This document shows, piece after piece, positions 61,201 through 64,000 of a stretch of DNA of 64,000 bases (position 1 is its first letter; the number at the start of each line of letters is the position of its first letter). The notes beneath the pieces were generated by a model. That model was given only the letters and a program-made list of their open reading frames with translations. It had not been told where the DNA came from and searched no databases. The DNA lies in contig NMRA01000301.1 of NCBI GenBank assembly GCA_002633005.1, positions 476,382 through 540,381 of the forward strand, given 5' to 3'. The position numbers and the translations under genes are program-made. Origin of the DNA: Phoronis australis (Eukaryota; Animalia; Phoronida).

Positions 61201-61254
61201 TCGTCGCTTGATGAGGCAGCTAAGATAATCGCAGAGTGGAAGAAGACATTGTAA
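1115..61254 (+). CDS. KYAT3: Kynurenine-oxoglutarate transaminase / glutamine transaminase (KYAT1/KYAT3-like, CCBL); 5'-partial spliced gene, join(1115-1264,2896-2982,12679-12801,17154-17274,25598-25764,44012-44198,47635-47795,61195-61254)
   Basis: Eight exons with AG/GT boundaries join in frame (1056 nt, 351 aa plus TAA). Motifs: [44 protein letters not shown] (PLP lysine), [17 protein letters not shown]1 versus KYAT3 orthology cannot be resolved by eye. Confidence 0.95.
1880..2482 (+). repeat. Degenerate HINE internal satellite monomers
   Basis: gtgctccctagtggcaattt, gcaccaactagtggccattt and tgaaaattggcag motifs at ~140-150 bp spacing. Confidence 0.7.
2483..2531 (+). mobile_element. Tc2/pogo-like MITE right-end fragment
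   Basis: tttctaagcgccctg...ggcaaatacag|TA matches 31340-31384. Confidence 0.6.
2896..2982 (+). CDS. KYAT3: KYAT-like exon: [29 protein letters not shown]
   Basis: tccag|GTT, CCA|gtgagt, 87 nt; absent from the ORF track, translated by hand. Confidence 0.93.
3168..4044. mobile_element. Unclassified non-autonomous element with asymmetric inverted repeats and a ~174-bp terminal hairpin
   Basis: ttataccaca (3168-3177) is inverted as tgtggtataa (3865-3874), which runs into an imperfect palindrome at 3871-4044. Confidence 0.55.
3258..3330 (-). pseudogene. Degenerate tRNA-derived segment (Pol III A/B boxes)
   Basis: Minus strand has TGGTGTAGTGGTTAA (A box) and GGTTAGACTCC (B-box-like) at tRNA spacing; stems pair poorly. 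Confidence 0.4.
5714..7418 (+). mobile_element. Complete HINE copy (subfamily 1)
   Basis: 5' tttttt-ATGCGCCCAC-atatatatat-GTGGACGCAT then (ccgt)n; 3' GTGGGCGCAT (7384-7393), CAATGC-tct-GCATTG hairpin, ctcttctt; sits in a T-run with no other TSD. Confidence 0.85.
8974..9894 (+). mobile_element. Complete HINE copy (subfamily 2, short)
   Basis: 5' ttttatgtgcccac... and 3' gagtgcatttcaacgctatgcgttgctcttgtt; flanks rejoin into a host monomer. Confidence 0.75.
11070..11625 (-). mobile_element. Kolobok-like relic (family 2) with a THAP domain
   Basis: Terminus on the minus strand TTAA|AGGAAAATGCCTCCCGATTT (TTAA 11626-11629); 11453->11265 encodes [62 protein letters not shown]; homologous to 29676-29905. 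Confidence 0.75.
11690..11990 (-). mobile_element. Penelope-like retroelement RT C-terminal relic
   Basis: Frameshifted peptides [25 protein letters not shown] and [27 protein letters not shown]. Confidence 0.65.
12679..12801 (+). CDS. KYAT3: KYAT-like exon: [41 protein letters not shown]
   Basis: ttccag|ACT, AAG|gtaaaa, 123 nt; NTPNNP motif. Confidence 0.93.
13160..13830 (-). mobile_element. Penelope-like 3'/pLTR fragment with a degenerate hammerhead-like motif
   Basis: 13160-13425 is an inverted diverged copy of 16765-17025; minus strand reads ttgataaagagcgtaccactcgaaacgt. Confidence 0.65.
13946..15288. mobile_element. TIR-bounded MITE, superfamily uncertain
   Basis: cactattctgaagggtcactactccga versus inverted tcagagtagtgggccttcagaatggtg. 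Confidence 0.5.
14162..14751. mobile_element. TTAA-flanked MITE with ~125-bp TIRs (Kolobok-like), nested in the previous element
   Basis: TTAA at 14158-14161 and 14752-14755; arms aaggatgccaaacccgg...aaatgactttcccatccagttctctgaaacaaaat and the inverted copy. Confidence 0.65.
15613..15767. mobile_element. GC-rich hAT-like MITE
   Basis: Right end ccggatccgcctctg is typical of CAGGGGCGGATCC-type MITEs; left end degenerate. Confidence 0.45.
15967..16214. mobile_element. Small foldback MITE with internal gcgtaaagtaat repeats
   Basis: ttgttggtcaaatgggtgaatgttacgcc is inverted as ggcgtaacattcactcatttggccaacga; arms pair over most of the length. Confidence 0.7.
16565..17025 (+). mobile_element. Penelope-like 3' end: GIY-YIG C-terminal half plus pLTR
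   Basis: [12 protein letters not shown]...[18 protein letters not shown]...RRKCEAKFI...LTRGLNRD matches the PLE endonuclease C-terminus. Confidence 0.8.
16969..17020 (+). ncRNA. Hammerhead-ribozyme-like motif of a Penelope pLTR (probably degenerate)
   Basis: cttgatga-a-GAGCG aac CGCTC-gaat: core-like boxes around a perfect stem II; the 13.17-kb copy keeps GAAA. Confidence 0.45.
17154..17274 (+). CDS. KYAT3: KYAT-like exon: [40 protein letters not shown]
   Basis: ttccag|ATC, ATTG|gtaatt, 121 nt, ends in phase 1; DEVY PLP-binding motif. Confidence 0.93.
17650..18070 (-). mobile_element. Penelope-like GIY-YIG endonuclease relic
   Basis: Minus-strand peptides [66 protein letters not shown]. 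Confidence 0.65.
18130..24390 (+). mobile_element. Cluster of nested HINE elements with internal satellite
   Basis: 5' ends at ~18130, 18464, 18921, 22597; 3' subTIRs at ~20694 (hairpin lost), ~21509-21542 and ~24109-24141. Confidence 0.8.
22597..24141 (+). mobile_element. Complete HINE copy (subfamily 2, long)
   Basis: Same 5' leader and 3' segment (aatagctttgatgacacataccag...ctagaagcac) as 8974-9894, with more monomers. Confidence 0.75.
25598..25764 (+). CDS. KYAT3: KYAT-like exon with the catalytic lysine: (A)[55 protein letters not shown]
   Basis: ttatag|CA, CAG|gtaaaa, 167 nt; phase matches the previous exon. Confidence 0.94.
25799..25980 (+). mobile_element. HINE 5' fragment
   Basis: ttttagcgcccacatgtttatatgtgagtgcat subTIR hairpin plus one monomer, 35 bp after the exon donor. 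Confidence 0.65.
26051..26480 (+). repeat. Near-perfect 430-bp direct duplicate of 27041-27470
   Basis: Offset exactly 990 bp; I saw one mismatch; the ORF track gives identical 65-aa ORFs at 26127 and 27117. Confidence 0.9.
26479..26735 (-). mobile_element. Tc2/pogo-like MITE right-end fragment lacking the outer TIR bases
   Basis: Reverse complement of about 31120-31372. Confidence 0.7.
26942..28249 (-). mobile_element. Non-autonomous Kolobok (family 1) with ~310-bp inverted arms and a THAP/transposase relic
   Basis: TTAA at 26938-26941 and 28250-28253; AGG termini; minus strand [13 protein letters not shown]...[14 protein letters not shown]...LKKGYIPSL. Confidence 0.85.
28330..28471 (+). 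mobile_element. hAT-like right-end fragment (related to 37500-37714)
   Basis: Shared gagaagtgtaaaa...tttcaggtcgcaaatg...gcagct.gtta. Confidence 0.5.
29676..31420 (+). mobile_element. Kolobok-like left end (family 2) with the THAP start, split by a MITE
   Basis: TTAA|AGGAGCATGGCACCCGATTT; [19 protein letters not shown] then, after the TA insertion, ..YFM.LPRKP; homologous to the 11.3-11.6 kb copy. Confidence 0.65.
29906..31382 (+). mobile_element. Complete Tc2/pogo-like (Tc1-mariner superfamily) MITE, 1477 bp
   Basis: TA TSD (29904-29905, 31383-31384); 25-bp TIRs acgtattcgccgtaataaccgccca / tgggcggttattacggcaaatacgg with 2 mismatches; no transposase ORF. Confidence 0.85.
31927..32002 (+). 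mobile_element. HINE 5' end interrupted by stacked DNA transposons; HINE monomers resume near 40905
   Basis: tttttatgcgcctgcatatttatgtgctgaggcat...ggcgtctgct leader. Confidence 0.55.
32005..33130 (+). mobile_element. Right-truncated copy of a CAGTAC-TIR (pogo/Tigger-like) MITE
   Basis: TA|cagtacaggcactgaattattagact; colinear with 33482-34700. Confidence 0.7.
33137..33470. repeat. Array of palindromic AAAACTTAAGTTTT motifs (possible CACTA/EnSpm-like subterminal repeats)
   Basis: Ten or more copies at ~20-bp spacing after a CCCTTACAAAAA start. Confidence 0.6.
33482..34875 (+). mobile_element. Complete CAGTAC-TIR MITE (Tc1-mariner/pogo-like), 1394 bp
   Basis: TA at 33480-33481 and 34876-34877; 26-bp TIRs cagtacagccattgaatttttagact / agtctaataattcagtggctgcactg; subterminal tcacgcct repeats. 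Confidence 0.8.
36194..36289 (+). repeat. Perfect 48-bp tandem duplication
   Basis: ctggcgttcaactgaacttctctcccggtcaaaattcagagattcgat x2. Confidence 0.9.
36672..36981. mobile_element. Nested GC-rich hAT-like MITE pieces next to the gap
   Basis: cataggcagatttagggggg..., taggaccggtagcggaag..., ...cgggccgcctg, ...cctagatcc. Confidence 0.4.
37500..37714 (+). mobile_element. hAT-like right end
   Basis: Ends gttatgtcgagccctg (CAGGGCTCGAC terminus) with tgcgac/gtcgca subterminal repeats. Confidence 0.55.
37717..39695 (+). repeat. Higher-order tandem array inside the foldback element
   Basis: tttcttgcacatttcagttgaaa recurs at ~37717, 38085, 38430, 38970, 39500 (periods ~350-365 and ~530-540, about 2x and 3x ~180 bp). 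Confidence 0.85.
40905..43930 (+). mobile_element. Old HINE satellite with a nested complete HINE (41985-43771, subfamily 1)
   Basis: 5' ttttttatgcgccctc...gtggatgcat; 3' ggcgcatttcaacgctctacgttgctcttgtt; flanks rejoin to match the uninterrupted monomer at 8270-8340. Confidence 0.82.
44012..44198 (+). CDS. KYAT3: KYAT-like exon: [62 protein letters not shown]
   Basis: aacag|GAA, ATGG|gtgagt, 187 nt. Confidence 0.93.
44222..44480 (+). repeat. HINE satellite fragment
   Basis: ccctgagtggcaattttattt and gcaccacatggtgg monomers. Confidence 0.6.
44990..45591 (+). mobile_element. Tc2/pogo-like MITE left half
   Basis: TA|ctgtattcgccttagtaaccgccca; colinear with 29906-30527. Confidence 0.8.
45592..46054 (+). 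mobile_element. Kolobok (family 1) right end with the KolX 5' region
   Basis: Homologous to 59604-59854; ends ggttgccttcgcct|TTAA (46055-46058); ~165-bp TIR. Confidence 0.8.
46240..46640 (-). mobile_element. Penelope (Poseidon-like) 3' relic
   Basis: Minus strand [16 protein letters not shown], a typical PLE endonuclease C-terminus. Confidence 0.55.
47300..47450 (+). mobile_element. Kolobok (family 1) solo TIR fragment
   Basis: TTAA|aggtgaaggcaacctttttcc..., nearly identical to 58420-58570. Confidence 0.8.
47635..47795 (+). CDS. KYAT3: KYAT-like exon: (G)[53 protein letters not shown]
   Basis: ttccag|GT, AAG|gtaagt, 161 nt; conserved substrate-binding Arg in RFCF. Confidence 0.93.
47820..49030 (+). 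repeat. HINE satellite fragments (47820-47950 and 48450-49030)
   Basis: tagtggcaattttg, tgtcccttagtggcgatttt and cttcttagtggccatt monomers. Confidence 0.6.
49068..51653 (-). mobile_element. Defective Academ DNA transposon with XPG/PIN and Cys8 zinc-finger relics, 2586 bp
   Basis: TAGTCAGGTT...AACCTGACTA termini; 3-bp TSD GTT (49065-49067, 51654-51656); long imperfect TIRs; minus-strand peptides [61 protein letters not shown]. Confidence 0.85.
52020..52640 (+). mobile_element. Penelope (Poseidon-like) relic split by a Tc2-like MITE fragment (52160-52366, minus strand)
   Basis: HKMSNTLRS and [20 protein letters not shown] peptides; hammerhead-like cctgggaag...cgaaagccagg at 52567-52603; MITE ends ggcgaatatgg|TA. 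Confidence 0.5.
52650..53352 (+). repeat. HINE satellite cluster cut by the Hero insertion
   Basis: acctcctagtggcag, gcaccctagtggcaa and accacctggtggtca monomers; degenerate 5' leader near 52950. Confidence 0.7.
53353..54772 (-). mobile_element. RLE-type non-LTR retrotransposon (Hero-clade-like) 3' part
   Basis: [23 protein letters not shown]...TLHHILNNC (CCHC), [11 protein letters not shown]; ORF open from the gap at 54772 to 54107. Confidence 0.85.
55997..56258 (+). repeat. 132-bp tandem duplication
   Basis: Units start at 55997 and 56129, few mismatches. Confidence 0.85.
56330..58415 (-). mobile_element. Second, more decayed Academ-like relic
   Basis: Minus-strand peptides [47 protein letters not shown]...[17 protein letters not shown] (Cys8); termini not seen. 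Confidence 0.65.
58420..59854 (+). mobile_element. Internally deleted Kolobok (family 1): THAP-transposase 5' part and convergent KolX 5' part
   Basis: TTAA|AGGCGAAGGCAACC; from 58685 [13 protein letters not shown]...[18 protein letters not shown]...RVCGKHF / [10 protein letters not shown]; LFIRRC...[13 protein letters not shown]; breaks at the N at 59855. Confidence 0.85.
59441..59740 (-). pseudogene. KolX / P2X7 C-terminal-like cysteine-rich protein fragment
   Basis: GYMFEPEY...[13 protein letters not shown], then a frameshift to CLCCSE (WCxCxxCxxMP...CxCCxE motif). Confidence 0.7.
59900..60150 (-). mobile_element. L2/CR1-group LINE ORF2 C-terminal relic
   Basis: [38 protein letters not shown]. 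Confidence 0.6.
61195..61254 (+). CDS. KYAT3: KYAT-like terminal coding exon: [19 protein letters not shown]
   Basis: Strong polypyrimidine tract and tttacag| acceptor; resembles the KAT C-terminal helix (D.TL.AA...L..W); TAA at 61252-61254. Confidence 0.85.
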   Translation, partial: KDSSLDEAAKIIAEWKKTL

Positions 61255-61391
61255 GAAAGCAGCTCTGGATTTCAACTTGTAAACGTTTGTGCAGCGAAAT
61301 GTCCAAAGTTCAAGACAGAAATTATTGTCAAAATTTATCATTTTTCAAACACATTTAGCATTGCTAATATGTTGTTCACTTGTAATTATAA

Positions 61392-61397
61392 AATAAA
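61392..61397 (+). promoter_or_regulatory. Putative polyadenylation signal of the KYAT gene
   Basis: AATAAA about 140 nt after the stop codon, followed by T/GT-rich sequence. Confidence 0.55.
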
Positions 61398-63172
61398 TGG
61401 AAATGATTGATTGAAAGCAATTTAGTTATTGGTTGTTCCTCAATGATATTTGCTGTTTTAGCACATAGTAATTTTTTATTGATTGATGTATTTGGTTTAC
61501 AATGTAAATAAGGGCAACCATAATACATAATAGCACCAGACACCTAATGAGAATTGAAAATTATTGTTTAAACACTAAACTTAAAAGTTGTAAGCTTTAA
61601 TAATCCTCCTTTTCATAATGTCATTATAAAATTGCCAAAGGTAACATTTCATCTTATGAACTTCAAGTGATCGCCAATGCAACAGTTGTGAATTAAAGTG
61701 ACTAGGAACAATACGCTAGTGTTACATTCCCTCTTGACGTATTCTTAATCATCTTCTCCCCTTTCCCAGTTGCGCTGATCACATGTTGCTCCATGTCAAG
61801 ATAGGTCTAAAGGCCCAAGGGATGGTTTTCGAAAAGGTCTACATATATTTACTGGTGATCATTTTCGCTCAATTTCTGCAATTACAACTGTATTTACCTG
61901 CCAGCTGTTCAGTGCCTTGTCTTTCGCCAGTTCTTGATGGTGTGTGGTTGTAACAAACGAAAACGATAAATTATTCATAAGTAATCTTTTTGTATGTCGC
62001 ACATGTTTATTTTTTTAATTCTAAACACAAGAGTGTGAACAAAATGTGTAAAATAACAGGGTCTAATGTTAACATGAAAAGGAAATGAACCAGAGAGGTT
62101 TTATATACATTGTGTAAATGGCTAATTAAACAATCAGGGATACAATTCAATGATTTAACGTATTTCTACCCTATCAGGACAAAAATTTTAGAATATGGAT
62201 CCCTCACATTTGCTGTGAAGATTTTAGTGGGGCATTCAATATCCAATATTAAACACCTTTGGTGCTGTCCAATGGTCTATTGCGTAGTTTTAAAATGTAC
62301 TGTGGACTGACTTCTACTTAGATTGTTGTATAGGAGTTTCCATAGTAGTTTGTAAAGAAACTCATTTCTTCAGAAAGTAAAAGTGTGTGTAAGTAAGAGA
62401 TGTTGGAACACATTCATTTTACGATTGCTATTTAACTAAAGAACGTGGACTCTGGAAAATGATATTTATGACAAAGAGCCAAATGTGTTTCATAGTTGTT
62501 AACCTTCGAGTATGAAAAAACCGGACAGCTGGATTGAAAAGCAGGACTTCCGGATAAAAAGCTAGGCACTTAGGTGTATGCCAAACGCAAGGATGAAATG
62601 TTCGACGCAACACACAAAAATGTCGAAGGGGAGATGTTACACCCAAGAGCACCCGACGGTGTTTTTGTTTGTTTTTTAAGTTGAATGTGTAATTCTGGGT
62701 GCCTCGAAAACCTATGAAGCATCCCGTTTTTTTTTTCTTTTTAGTCAAACGGGAAAATAGTGCTATGTGGGAAGTTAACAGTAGTATATGATAATATGCC
62801 AGTGTTGCCGTGTGTCAAAGGGCGGGACAGTTTGATGATTTAGCCGGATGGTGGGAAAAATTCAAAAAGTGGAATAGTCCGCAATGCAGGGGGAAATTGG
62901 CAAGTACAAATTAAGGTTTGGATAGTTTTTTGCGAGGTAATTTTTTTATTTTCTAAATTTCTTTTACAAGTACAGGTAAATACTACTGCTCAGAAATTGA
63001 ATTAACAAAAAAGTTTGGGCGACAGGTAAACATTGCACAAGTGAATCATTAAAAGTATTGAAAACAGTATTGATTTAATTATTTATACAAACACAAACAC
63101 TTAGCTCCGCAATTGCGAGTATTTTTCCAGTGTTACACAAACATACCTACTAGTAGGAGCTAAACTTTTCAT

Positions 63173-63380
63173 TTACGGCCATCCTGCGTCAGTGCACGTA
63201 ATGACCTGTTGTAGGATTTCATCCTCTTCGGTAACACACCGAAAGTAGGGTAACCTCGATAATCCATCAGCAAAACATTTGTCTTTACCAGCTTTGAACT
63301 GAACAGAGTAGCTGTTGTGCAACAAAGGAGCATCCGGCGAGCTATACACTTTGGTTGACACCCATGACCCTTCAAGGTCA
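63173..63380 (-). mobile_element. Gypsy LTR retrotransposon pol relic (RNase H end/linker)
   Basis: YSVQFKAGKDKCFADGLSRLP...DEILQQVITCTDAGWP. Confidence 0.7.
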
Positions 63381-63423
63381 ACAATGTGGTATGTGCTGGT
63401 TGGTTAGTGTTGTACCTGAGTCT

Positions 63424-63770
63424 GAGAGCAGGGCGTAGCGTTGAAATGTACCCACATCTGGACCGCGAGCAGTGCTTCTATTGGTGTTTTAGTATCTTAA
63501 AAATGACTATTAGATTGTACAGAATACGGAGAGCCCGTCGAAAACTGGGATGGTGTCAGGGTTCTAATACAAAACTATTTGCCAAATTTTATGAAAATCC
63601 TCTTAAGGGACTCCAGAGATACATGTACAGAGGCAAACATAGAAACTAAAATTGTCACTTGGAGGCCCAGACGTCCAAAAGTTGTAGGCAGCCATTCTCA
63701 CATTGATAAAAGTCACCGTCTGTAGTCATCTCTACAGGAACATCTGTTTTCGAAGAGTGAGGAGATACAA
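63424..63770 (-). mobile_element. HINE 3' end plus monomers in inverted orientation, outside the gene
   Basis: gagagcagggcgtagcgttgaaatgtacccac is the reverse complement of the HINE 3' terminus; ttgccaaattttatgaaaatcc and aaaattgtcacttggagg follow. Confidence 0.65.
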
Positions 63771-64000
63771 CTATGACACATGCCACATAATGGGGCTATT
63801 CGGAGAATTCTCCTCGCGGTGTCGCTGCTGTACTAGTGGTGATTAAATTGCGCATGTGTGGCTTTCTGCATGTAAACAACTGGTAAAAGATGGAATTTTT
63901 ATCAAAATACGTCGTCTTGCTAAGCCTTAGGTGGCACTGAATAGTTAGGCTGCGGCCGCGGCCAATTTGCACTCCCAAAATATAGAAATTTTGGGGTAGG

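Overview
AT-rich invertebrate (bilaterian-looking) nuclear scaffold with two N gaps (36982-37485, 54773-55591) and a single N at 59855. One host gene spans the window on the + strand: a kynurenine-oxoglutarate/glutamine transaminase (KYAT1/KYAT3-like, PLP fold I). Eight coding exons (1115-61254, 351 aa plus stop) splice in frame with GT-AG introns; the 5' exons lie upstream of the window. The introns are almost entirely nested transposon relics: DINE-1/HINE-type Helentron derivatives carrying a ~150-bp trimeric satellite, two or three Kolobok families (THAP plus KolX/P2X7-like), two Academ relics, Tc2/pogo-like MITEs, a 5-kb foldback element, Penelope fragments with hammerhead-like motifs, and Hero and L2/CR1 fragments. 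A Gypsy fragment lies downstream of the gene. The most striking signal is that most HINE satellite monomers carry a close match to the CTCF consensus, new HINE copies sit in the T-run just 3' of that motif in older copies, and every intronic copy I could orient is co-oriented with the gene while the one copy past the poly(A) signal is inverted. All calls were made by eye; no database search was run, and TE boundaries are approximate unless a TSD is given.
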